Source of the DNA: a bacterium
GTDB lineage: Bacteria > Patescibacteriota > Minisyncoccia > Minisyncoccales > RBG-13-42-11
Length of the DNA: 64,000 bases
Assembly (NCBI GenBank): GCA_043817685.1
Contig: JBDRGQ010000004.1
Span: 10,842-74,841, forward strand
Reading direction: 5' to 3'
Part shown: positions 35,222-44,548 of the stretch, piece after piece
Layout of the letters: every line of letters starts with the position of its first letter
Position numbering within the stretch: position 1 is the stretch's first letter
Made by a program: the position numbers and the translations under genes
The notes under the pieces: generated by a model
Database searches by the model: none
What the model was told of the DNA's origin: nothing
The model's input: the letters and a program-made list of their open reading frames with translations, nothing else

Positions 35222-37498
35222 ATGGAAAAACTATTAACCAATATTACAAAATGGAGCATGTATCTTTTAATATTCTTGCTTCCTTTATTCTTTCTGCCTT
35301 TTTCGTTTGAGGCGTTTGAATTCAATAAACAATACTTAATGTTCTTTTTGGTTTCTTTGGGAGTTTTCTCTTGGTTAACCAAGATGATTCTGGTTGATAA
35401 GGAGATAAAATTCAAAAGGACTCCATTGGACGTATTTATTATTGTTTTTGTTATTTTGGCTATAATAGGAACCATATTTTCAGTAGATCCAAGTTCTTCT
35501 TTATTCGGATTCTACGGAAGATTCAGCAACGGATTGATCAGTCTGATTATTTTGGCAATAATGTACTTCTTTATCACCAATAACGTTTCTGTTGGAGAAG
35601 ATAAAAAAGGAGCAAAAGCAAATATTAAGATATCTTCTTTGTTAAACCTGTTTTCTGCTTCAATTTTTGTGACAGTTATATCCGCTTTCCTATCCTTGTT
35701 CGGATTATGGGGAAAGATAAATTCTTTACTCCCGGCGGATATCTCCCTTCCTACTGTGATGTTGCAAAGAACATTCAATCCTGCAGCCGGAAGCATGGAA
35801 GGATTATCAGTCTTTTTGGCAATATTCTTGGTTTATTTGATAGGAAGGATAATTAATAGATCAGGAGGATTCTTTAATTATCTTTTACTTTTTCTAATAA
35901 CTATATTCTTGATTCTGATTGATTTTACTGCAGTTTGGATAATAATCGGTCTGAGTTTAATTGTATTTTTAGGAATTGTTTTATGGAAAAGAATATTCAA
36001 AGAAGATGTGAACAAATTATTGCTGCCAATGATATTTGTTATTCTGTCTGTATTGTTTATCTCTATTAATACCGTAGATGTTCAGTCAAAACTTCTTGGT
36101 TTTCAGATGCCAAAAGAACAAGTAGTAAGCCAGAGACAAACATGGGTATCTACTTTCGGGTCGGCCACAGAAAACATTAAATCAGGAGTTTTGGGATCTG
36201 GCATAGGAACTTATCATTATGATTTCTCAAAATTCAAAACAGAAGGGTTTAATGAAAGCATTCTTTGGCAGATAAGATTTGATAGGGCAGGAAGCCATAT
36301 AGCAGAAATATTGGGAACCATGGGATTTTTGGGAATACTTTCTTATTTGGCTTTAATAGGATTCTTCTTAATGATTTGTTATTTCTTTTTCCAGCAAATC
36401 CAGAGAGGCATTCCATTAGCCATGATGTTTTTGGCTCTGTTGGTAGGGCAATTCTTCTTTTACCAAAATACAGTTTTGGCTTTTACTTTTTGGTTGATAT
36501 TAGGATTATCCGTTGTTAATTGGCAGAAACCTGTTAATGAAAAGAAAGTATCTTTTAAAGATTTCCCTGAATTATCCCTTATCTTCTCCGTTGTTCTGAT
36601 AGTTTTGGGATTGTTCATCATGACTTCTTATTTCTTTGCCGGTAAATTCTATATGGCAGATATTAATTACAAGAATGCCATAGGTCAGGAAAGAACAAAA
36701 ATTCTAGAAAAAGCAGCAGGGTTAAATCCTTATCAGGCCCAATACAAGATAATTTTAGCCAGGGATTACTTAAACAAGATAATTGTTGAAGGACAAAGAC
36801 CGGCTGATGAACAAAACCAGGCATTGTTATCGGATTATGTCCAGAAATCAATAGCTTATGTTAAGGGGGGACAGTTGGGAGGGAAAATTATTAAAGGAGC
36901 TGTAGAAATATCTCCAAAAAGAGTGGCAGCTTGGGAAACATTAGGCATGATTTACAGAGATATCCAAGGATTGGCCCAAGGAGCTTCAGACTGGGGAATT
37001 AAATCATTCCAGGAAGCAATAAGCTTAGAGCCGACCAATCCTGTTTTACGCACAGAATTGGGAAAACTGTATTTATCGTCTGACAAGAGGGAAGAAGCAA
37101 TAGATGAATTCAACACAGCTAAGCAATTAAAACCAAATTACGTTGACTCTTCTATCCAGCTTGCCTTACTGTACGAGTCAGAAAACAATCTTAATCAGGC
37201 AATTATAGAAATGGAAAACACAGAATCAGTTGTTCCCCTGAGCACAGAGGTTTTATTCCAATTAGGAAGGTTATACTTCAACAATAATCAGGTGGATGAC
37301 AGCATAAGTAAGCTTGAATTGGTAATAATCATTACGCCAGAACATGCCAATGCCCATTATTCTTTGGGGACAGCTTATCAAAAGAAAGGACAAATTTCAA
37401 AAGCCATTGCAGAGTTTGAAAAAGTGCTGGAATTAAATCCGGATAACACAGACGTAAAAAGTAAGATAAACAGCTTAAGAGGAAGTACTGAGGAATAA
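35222..37498 (+). CDS. O-antigen ligase/oligosaccharyltransferase-like membrane protein with C-terminal TPR repeats
   Basis: About 12 TM segments, a GSGIGTY...FDRA loop resembling Wzy_C/O-OTase, and TPR repeats (AHYSLGTAY...ALELNP-like). Confidence 0.75.
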   Translation: MEKLLTNITKWSMYLLIFLLPLFFLPFSFEAFEFNKQYLMFFLVSLGVFSWLTKMILVDKEIKFKRTPLDVFIIVFVILAIIGTIFSVDPSSSLFGFYGRFSNGLISLIILAIMYFFITNNVSVGEDKKGAKANIKISSLLNLFSASIFVTVISAFLSLFGLWGKINSLLPADISLPTVMLQRTFNPAAGSMEGLSVFLAIFLVYLIGRIINRSGGFFNYLLLFLITIFLILIDFTAVWIIIGLSLIVFLGIVLWKRIFKEDVNKLLLPMIFVILSVLFISINTVDVQSKLLGFQMPKEQVVSQRQTWVSTFGSATENIKSGVLGSGIGTYHYDFSKFKTEGFNESILWQIRFDRAGSHIAEILGTMGFLGILSYLALIGFFLMICYFFFQQIQRGIPLAMMFLALLVGQFFFYQNTVLAFTFWLILGLSVVNWQKPVNEKKVSFKDFPELSLIFSVVLIVLGLFIMTSYFFAGKFYMADINYKNAIGQERTKILEKAAGLNPYQAQYKIILARDYLNKIIVEGQRPADEQNQALLSDYVQKSIAYVKGGQLGGKIIKGAVEISPKRVAAWETLGMIYRDIQGLAQGASDWGIKSFQEAISLEPTNPVLRTELGKLYLSSDKREEAIDEFNTAKQLKPNYVDSSIQLALLYESENNLNQAIIEMENTESVVPLSTEVLFQLGRLYFNNNQVDDSISKLELVIIITPEHANAHYSLGTAYQKKGQISKAIAEFEKVLELNPDNTDVKSKINSLRGSTEE

Positions 37499-37555
37499 GA
37501 TTTTTCAGGCAATGGATCCAAAGATTCATCTTTTGCCCAAATAAATTTTCGTCTA

Positions 37556-37584
37556 TTGACGGATTTTGTTGGATAGTGTATGAT
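37556..37584 (+). promoter_or_regulatory. sigma70 promoter of rpoBC, giving a ~175-nt leader
   Basis: TTGACG-17 nt-TATGAT. Confidence 0.7.
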
Positions 37585-37766
37585 TAATTTTACTTGTCGA
37601 GTCACGCGTAGCCTGGTAAGGCTGAAGATGAGATTTATTCCATCACCTGTTTTAGATTAAAAGGGTTTTTAATTTTTCATAATAATTTTGTTTTTACCCC
37701 CCTTTTTGTAAAATTTGAACCATCGTTTACCCTAAATTTTTTAATTGGGGTATTTTTCGTATTTAT

Positions 37767-40700
37767 ATGGTCTTCCAAAAAGTAAAAAATTTCACTAAGT
37801 CAAAAGTAGAACTAAAACTTCCCTATTTACTTGGTGTCCAGAAAGACAATTGGAAGCTTTTTTGGGATAGAGATTTGAAAGAATTATTTCATGAAGTTTC
37901 TCCCTTAAGAGACTATACTGGAAAAGAATTGGAACTTTGGTTTACTGATTTCAAGCTAGACGAATCTAAATATAAGACTGATTTGGAAGCCAAAAAGAAC
38001 AATGATTCTTACGAAGCTTCCTTGAGAGTAAAAGCCAAACTCGTTAACTTAAAGACAAAAGAGATTAAAGAACAAGAAGTCTTTTTATGCGATTTCCCCT
38101 TAATGACAGAAAGGGGAACTTTTGTTGTTAACGGCGTAGAAAGAGTAACCATATCCCAGCTGATTCGTTCATCTGGGGCTTTTTTTACTTCGCAAAGAGC
38201 CGGAGGGAGAAATGTTTTCGGAGCCAAGATTATCCCCAACAGAGGAGCCTGGTTGGAGTTTGAAACAGAGAGTTCAGGAGCTATTGCAGTAAAAATAGAC
38301 AGGAGAAGAAAAGTAATGGCTACTACTATATTGAGGGCTTTTGGAGCCGGGGATGAAAAAGCTATTAAGAATTTGTTTAAAGATATTGATACCAAAGAAG
38401 ATGTTAAATATATAGAAGAGACCTTGAAAAAAGATACAGTAGCCAATCAGGGAGAAGCTTTTGTAGAAATATATCAAAGATTAAGACCAGGGGATTTGGC
38501 CACTCCAGATACGGCAAAAGAACTGATAGAAAATATGTTCTTTAATTTTGAAAGGTATGATCTGTCTAAAGTGGGAAGATGGAGAATGTGGCAAAGACTT
38601 CCTAATTTGAAGAGAAAAAAGAACGGAGACGAGATAGAAACCAAAGACAGAGTTTTGAGGTTAGAAGACGTAATAGAGGTTATAAAGGAAATAATACGTT
38701 TAAATAACACACCAGGAGCTAAACCCGATGAAATAGACCACTTGGGAAACAGAAGAGTTAGGACTTTGAATGAATTACTGCAAAACAGATTAAGAGTTGG
38801 TCTTATGAGAATGGAAAGAATTATTAAAGATAGAATGTCCACTTTAGATGTTTATACTTTAACTCCTAATCAGTTGATTAATCCAAGGCCGTTTATGGCA
38901 GTTGTAAAGGAATTCTTTACTTCTTCCCAGATGTCCCAATTCATGGACAACGAAAATCCATTGGCCGAACTGGAACATAAGAGAAGGTTGTCGGCCACAG
39001 GCCCTGGAGGATTAACCAGAGAAAGAGCAGGGTTTGAAGTTAGAGACGTTCAGCCTTCCCATTACGGAAGAATCTGCCCTATCCAAACTCCAGAAGGGCC
39101 TAATATCGGTCTGGTGGGACATATGGCTTCATATTCTAAAATTAATAAATATGGGTTTTTAGAAACTCCTTATTTTAAAGTTAATAAAAACAAAGTAACT
39201 TCCAAGGTAGAATATTTAAACGCTTACCAAGAAGAACAAAATAATATTGCTTCGGGCTCTGTTCCTTTAGATAAAGACGAGAAGATAGTTCCTCAGAAAG
39301 TAGAAGCTAGAATAAAAGGAGAGCCAGGAATGATTGAAAAAGAAAAAATAGATTATATTGATGTTTCTTCTGAGCAGTCTATTTCTATAGCAACTTCTTG
39401 TATTCCATTTTTGCAGAATGATGATGCTAACCGTGCTTTAATGGGATCCAATATGCAGAGGCAGTCTGTTCCATTGATTGACCCTGATCCTCCAATTGTT
39501 TCTACCGGAGTGGAAGATGTGATAGCCAGAGATTCTGGTCAGGTTATACTTTCTGAAGCAGACGGAACAGTTATGGGGGTGGACGCAGACCATATCATTA
39601 TTAAACTCACTGGAAAACAAAAGAATATTACATATGATTTAAGAACCTTTATCAGAACTAACCAATATACTTGCTTCCACCAAAAACCAATAGTCCAAAA
39701 AGGACAAAAGGTAAAAAAGGGAGAAGTGCTTACTGACGGTGGATCCATATCTCAGGGAGTGCTTTCTTTGGGAAAGAATGTTTTAGTAGCTTTTATGTGT
39801 TGGAGAGGGGGTAATTTTGAAGATGCAATTGTTATTTCAGAAAGATTAGTCAAGAACGACGCATATACGTCTATACATATAGAAAGTTTTACTTGCGATG
39901 TCAGAGAAACAAAACTTGGTCCTGAAGTAACCACTCCTGACATTCCCAATGTTTCAGAAGAAAAGCTTAAAGATTTGGACGAAGAAGGAATAATCAGGGT
40001 TGGAGCAGAGGTAGAGCCAAACGATATTTTAATAGGAAAAATTTCACCCAAAGGTGAGGCTGACCTAACCGCAGAAGAAAGATTATTAAGAGCTATTTTT
40101 GGAGAGAAATCCAGAGAAGTCAAAGATTCATCTTTATTAATGCAACATGGGAAAAGGGGAAGAGTCATTGGCGTTAAAATATTCTCCAGAGAATTCGGGC
40201 ACAAACTGGAGCCAGGAGTTATTAAAAAAATAGAAGTAGAAGTGGCTCAGTTAAGAAAGGTTACAGCTGGAGATAAATTGGCCGGAAGACACGGAAACAA
40301 AGGCGTTATCTCAGTTGTTTTGCCGGAAGAAGAAATGCCTTTTATGGAAGATGGAACTCCAGTAGACATTATTTTGAATCCTATCAGCGTTACTTCAAGA
40401 ATGAATTTAGGACAGATTTTAGAAACTCATTTAGGATGGGCAGCTAATAAATTAGGGTACAGAGCAATTACCCCTTCTTTAGCCGGAGCCAAAGAAGAAG
40501 ACATTAAGCGAGAATTGAAAGAAGCAGGATTGTCAGAAGACGGAAAAATACAATTGTTTGACGGAAAGACGGGTCAGCCGTTTCCAAAACATATTACTGT
40601 GGGCTACATATATATGATGAAATTGATTCATATGGTGGAAGATAAAATACATATGAGATCTATTGGGCCCTATTCTTTAATTACCCAGCAGCCCTTGGGA

Positions 40701-40967
40701 GGCAAGGCTCAATTCGGAGGACAGAGATTCGGAGAAATGGAAGTCTGGGCATTGGAAGGATATGGAGCAGCTCATATTCTGCAGGAAATGTTGACCATTA
40801 AATCCGACGATGTTTCAGGAAGAGCAACTACATACGAATCAATATTAAAGGGAGAGGCAATTAAGAGTCCCAACATTCCTGCCGCTTTTAACTTATTAGT
40901 AGCTGAAATCAAAGCCCTTGGCTTAAGCGTCGAAGTAAGAGAAAAACCAAAAGAAAAGAGACAATAA
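37767..40967 (+). CDS. rpoB: DNA-directed RNA polymerase subunit beta
   Basis: VNGVERV, GRICPIQTPEGPNIGL, GDKLAGRHGNKG and GGQRFGEMEVWALE motifs. Confidence 0.98.
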   Translation: MVFQKVKNFTKSKVELKLPYLLGVQKDNWKLFWDRDLKELFHEVSPLRDYTGKELELWFTDFKLDESKYKTDLEAKKNNDSYEASLRVKAKLVNLKTKEIKEQEVFLCDFPLMTERGTFVVNGVERVTISQLIRSSGAFFTSQRAGGRNVFGAKIIPNRGAWLEFETESSGAIAVKIDRRRKVMATTILRAFGAGDEKAIKNLFKDIDTKEDVKYIEETLKKDTVANQGEAFVEIYQRLRPGDLATPDTAKELIENMFFNFERYDLSKVGRWRMWQRLPNLKRKKNGDEIETKDRVLRLEDVIEVIKEIIRLNNTPGAKPDEIDHLGNRRVRTLNELLQNRLRVGLMRMERIIKDRMSTLDVYTLTPNQLINPRPFMAVVKEFFTSSQMSQFMDNENPLAELEHKRRLSATGPGGLTRERAGFEVRDVQPSHYGRICPIQTPEGPNIGLVGHMASYSKINKYGFLETPYFKVNKNKVTSKVEYLNAYQEEQNNIASGSVPLDKDEKIVPQKVEARIKGEPGMIEKEKIDYIDVSSEQSISIATSCIPFLQNDDANRALMGSNMQRQSVPLIDPDPPIVSTGVEDVIARDSGQVILSEADGTVMGVDADHIIIKLTGKQKNITYDLRTFIRTNQYTCFHQKPIVQKGQKVKKGEVLTDGGSISQGVLSLGKNVLVAFMCWRGGNFEDAIVISERLVKNDAYTSIHIESFTCDVRETKLGPEVTTPDIPNVSEEKLKDLDEEGIIRVGAEVEPNDILIGKISPKGEADLTAEERLLRAIFGEKSREVKDSSLLMQHGKRGRVIGVKIFSREFGHKLEPGVIKKIEVEVAQLRKVTAGDKLAGRHGNKGVISVVLPEEEMPFMEDGTPVDIILNPISVTSRMNLGQILETHLGWAANKLGYRAITPSLAGAKEEDIKRELKEAGLSEDGKIQLFDGKTGQPFPKHITVGYIYMMKLIHMVEDKIHMRSIGPYSLITQQPLGGKAQFGGQRFGEMEVWALEGYGAAHILQEMLTIKSDDVSGRATTYESILKGEAIKSPNIPAAFNLLVAEIKALGLSVEVREKPKEKRQ

Positions 40968-40972
40968 TAAGT

Positions 40973-43900
40973 ATGTATGTATCAGATATAGAAGCCATTA
41001 AAATAAAGCTAGCTTCTCCAGATGAAATCATAAATTGGTCTAAGGGAGAGGTTACGAAACCAGAAACAATTAATTATAGAACTCAGAGATCTGAGAAAGA
41101 CGGTTTGTTTTGCGAAAAGATATTCGGTCCCACAAAGGACTACGAATGTTATTGCGGAAAATACAAGAGAATACGCTATAAAGGAATGGTTTGCGACAGA
41201 TGCGGAGTGGAAGTTACTAAAGCTGCTGTTCGTAGGGAAAGAATGGGCCATATTAAATTATCTAGTCCTTGTTCTCACATTTGGTTTTTAAGAGGAGTTC
41301 CTTCAAGAATGGGAATGGTTTTGAATATCCCAATGCAGCAATTGGAAAAAGTAATATATTTTGCTTCTTATATAATAACTAGTGTGAATGAAGACGCCAA
41401 AAAGAGGATTTTAGACGATATAGAAAAAGAATACAAGCAAAAAGTAAAAGAGCAGAAAGGAGCTAAAAAGAAAGAAACGGTAAGTCTTGGAGATCTAAAA
41501 TCTGCCAGAGACAGGGCCAAAGAAGAAATAAATAGCTTGGTTTTGATGAAAGTATTATCGGAAATAGATTATCACAGGCTTTCCATGAAATACGGGGAAG
41601 CGTTTGAAGCCGGAACTGGAGCAGAAGTTTTAGAAGGAATATTTAAAAAAATAGATTTAAAGAAAGAAATAAATAAATTGCAGGCTGAACTAAAAGAATC
41701 ACAGCCGGCAAACAGAAGAAAGATATTGTTAAGATTAAGATTGTCTAAAGGAATGCTAAGGGCCGGAATAAGGCCAGAATGGATGTTCCTTTCAGTGTTG
41801 CCCGTTATCCCTCCGGATTTGAGGCCAATGGTTCAATTAGACGGAGGAAGATATGCTTCTTCTGATTTGAATGATTTATACAGAAGAGTTATAAATCGTA
41901 ACAATCGTTTAAAATATTTGTTGGAGATAGGTTCCCCCGAAGTTATTGTCAGGAACGAAAAGAGAATGTTACAAGAAGCTGTAGACGCTTTGATAGACAA
42001 CAGCATGAGAAAGGGGACTACGACTGTAGCCACCACAGGAGGAAAGAGATTATTAAAGTCTTTGGCCGATATCTTAAAAGGAAAACAAGGCAGATTCAGA
42101 CAGAATCTTTTAGGTAAAAGAGTAGACTATTCTGGAAGGTCAGTTATTGTTGTAGGTCCTGAAATGAAGCTTAGCCAGGTTGGGTTGCCTAAAATAATGG
42201 CTTTGGAATTATTTAAGCCTTTTATAATAAACAAGATATTGGAAAGAGAACTGGCTTATAACGTAAGGGGAGCTTCCAGATTAATAGAAGAACAGACGGA
42301 CGAAGTATGGGCTATTTTAGAAGAAGTTGTAGCTAATAAAGTAGTAATGCTAAATAGGGCTCCTACTTTACACAGGCTCGGAATCCAAGCTTTTTATCCT
42401 ATTTTAATAGAAGGAGAAGCAATAAAATTACACCCTATGGTTTGTAAAGCTTTTAATGCTGACTTTGACGGAGACCAAATGGCAGTCCATTTACCTTTAT
42501 CAGAATTAGCCCAGAAAGAAGCCAGGGAATTAATGCTTTCCACTTCAAACCTTTTAAAACCTGCCACCGGAACTCCTATAGTTACTTTGCACCAAGATAT
42601 GGCTTTGGGTTGTTATTTCTTAACCAAGATAACGGATGGCCTTAAAGGGGAAGGAAAAGCATTTGCTTCGCCTGACGAAGCTATCATGGCCTATGAGATA
42701 GGAGATATAGAATTGAAAGCCAAGATAAAAGTTAAATTGCCCAAAGAAAAGAAATTAATAGAAACTAGTGTTGGTAGGATAATTTTTAATGAAGCCATAC
42801 CAGAAGAACTTCCTTTCCAGAATTCTGAGATAAAGATAAAAGATTTGGAAAAAAATACCAGAGATATTTTAAGAAAATACGGGAATGAAAAAACAGAAGC
42901 TTTCTTGGATAAAGTAAAATCATTAGGATTTGAATATTCAACCTGGTCAGGCGTTTCTTGGGGAATGGATGATTTGGTTGTTCCTCCTGAAAAAGAAAAT
43001 ATAGTCAAAGAAGCAGAAGTAGAAGTTGAAAAGATAGAAGAACACTATAAAAAAGGACTTTTGTCTAAAGAGGAAAAAGGAGCAAAAGTAATTGAAATAT
43101 GGAGCAGAGTTAAATCAAAAATAGAGGAATTAGTTCCAAAAACACTTCCAGAAGACGGTTCAGTCTTTCAAATTATTACTTCAGGAGCTAAAGGTTCTTG
43201 GGGGCAACCTGTTCAGATGAGCGGTATGAAAGGATTGGTGATTAACCCCGCTGGACAGATTATTGAATTGCCCGTGAAAAGTTCCTTTAAAGAAGGGTTT
43301 GACGTGTTGGAATACTTTATTTCCACTCACGGTGCCAGAAAAGGAACAGCGGATACGGCTTTGCGTACTTCAACAGCGGGATACCTAACAAGAAGATTGG
43401 TAGATGTTTCCCACGATATTATTATTACAGAAGAAGACTGCAAAGATTCAGAAGGAATGGTTTTATACAGAAAGGATGCAGATGAATTAGGTCAGAATTT
43501 CGCTTACAAAATTTTAGGAAGAGTAATATTAGATTCTATCCCAAAGATATGCAAAAAGGGAGATTTTTTAGATTGGGATAAAACAGAAAAGATAATAGAA
43601 ACTGGAATTGAAAAGATTACGGTAAGATCAACTTTAACTTGTAAATCTCAGAGAGGAGTATGCCAGAAATGTTATGGATGGGATTTAGGGCATAATAAAT
43701 CAATTGAGCTTGGAGAAGCAGTGGGAATCGTAGCTGCTCAAGCTATTGGAGAACCAGGAACTCAGCTAACCATGAGAACTTTCCACACGGGAGGGGTAGC
43801 AGGCGGAGGAGATATTACTATGGGCCTTCCTAGGGTTCAGGAAATATTTGAAGCTAGAACTCCTAATGGAAAGGCAGAAATATCCCAGATAGACGGAAAA

Positions 43901-44548
43901 ATTATTGAGATAACTGAGGATAAAGTAATTAAGATAAAACCCAAAGAGTTAAAGAATAAGAAAGCAGATTTATTAGAATATAAGATTAATCTTAAAGCAG
44001 CTGTTTGGGTTAATGTTGGGGATGAAGTTAAAAAAGGACAGCAGTTGTGCGAAGGCAACTTGGATTTGAAAGAATTATTCAAATTAACAGATGTAGAAAA
44101 CACTCAAAGATATATTATAAGAGAAATACAAAAAATATACGTTTCTCAAGGCGCTTTAATCCATGATAAGCATGTAGAGGTTATCTGCCGTCAGATGTTT
44201 TCAAGAATAAGGATTAAAGACCCTGGAGATTCTTTCTTCAGCATTGGAGAAATAGTGGAAAATTCGAAAATAGCAGAGGAAAATGCTAAACTTAAGAAAG
44301 ATGGAAAAAAACAAACAAAAGCTGTCCCTGTTTTATTGGGTATTTCCAGAGTAGCCTTGACCACAGACAGTTTCTTGTCAGCGGCCTCTTTTCAGGAAAC
44401 CTCCCGTGTTCTGATTAGAGCGGCTTTAGAGGGAAAAGAGGACAGGTTGAAAGGATTGAAAGAAAACGTGATAATTGGTAAACTAATACCAGCAGGCACA
44501 GGATTTAGACATGAAAAAGAAAAACAGCAAAAAAAGAGCTCTCAATAG
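40973..44548 (+). CDS. rpoC: DNA-directed RNA polymerase subunit beta'
   Basis: N-terminal Zn finger, NADFDGD and GEPGTQLTMRTFHTGG motifs. Confidence 0.98.
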   Translation: MYVSDIEAIKIKLASPDEIINWSKGEVTKPETINYRTQRSEKDGLFCEKIFGPTKDYECYCGKYKRIRYKGMVCDRCGVEVTKAAVRRERMGHIKLSSPCSHIWFLRGVPSRMGMVLNIPMQQLEKVIYFASYIITSVNEDAKKRILDDIEKEYKQKVKEQKGAKKKETVSLGDLKSARDRAKEEINSLVLMKVLSEIDYHRLSMKYGEAFEAGTGAEVLEGIFKKIDLKKEINKLQAELKESQPANRRKILLRLRLSKGMLRAGIRPEWMFLSVLPVIPPDLRPMVQLDGGRYASSDLNDLYRRVINRNNRLKYLLEIGSPEVIVRNEKRMLQEAVDALIDNSMRKGTTTVATTGGKRLLKSLADILKGKQGRFRQNLLGKRVDYSGRSVIVVGPEMKLSQVGLPKIMALELFKPFIINKILERELAYNVRGASRLIEEQTDEVWAILEEVVANKVVMLNRAPTLHRLGIQAFYPILIEGEAIKLHPMVCKAFNADFDGDQMAVHLPLSELAQKEARELMLSTSNLLKPATGTPIVTLHQDMALGCYFLTKITDGLKGEGKAFASPDEAIMAYEIGDIELKAKIKVKLPKEKKLIETSVGRIIFNEAIPEELPFQNSEIKIKDLEKNTRDILRKYGNEKTEAFLDKVKSLGFEYSTWSGVSWGMDDLVVPPEKENIVKEAEVEVEKIEEHYKKGLLSKEEKGAKVIEIWSRVKSKIEELVPKTLPEDGSVFQIITSGAKGSWGQPVQMSGMKGLVINPAGQIIELPVKSSFKEGFDVLEYFISTHGARKGTADTALRTSTAGYLTRRLVDVSHDIIITEEDCKDSEGMVLYRKDADELGQNFAYKILGRVILDSIPKICKKGDFLDWDKTEKIIETGIEKITVRSTLTCKSQRGVCQKCYGWDLGHNKSIELGEAVGIVAAQAIGEPGTQLTMRTFHTGGVAGGGDITMGLPRVQEIFEARTPNGKAEISQIDGKIIEITEDKVIKIKPKELKNKKADLLEYKINLKAAVWVNVGDEVKKGQQLCEGNLDLKELFKLTDVENTQRYIIREIQKIYVSQGALIHDKHVEVICRQMFSRIRIKDPGDSFFSIGEIVENSKIAEENAKLKKDGKKQTKAVPVLLGISRVALTTDSFLSAASFQETSRVLIRAALEGKEDRLKGLKENVIIGKLIPAGTGFRHEKEKQQKKSSQ

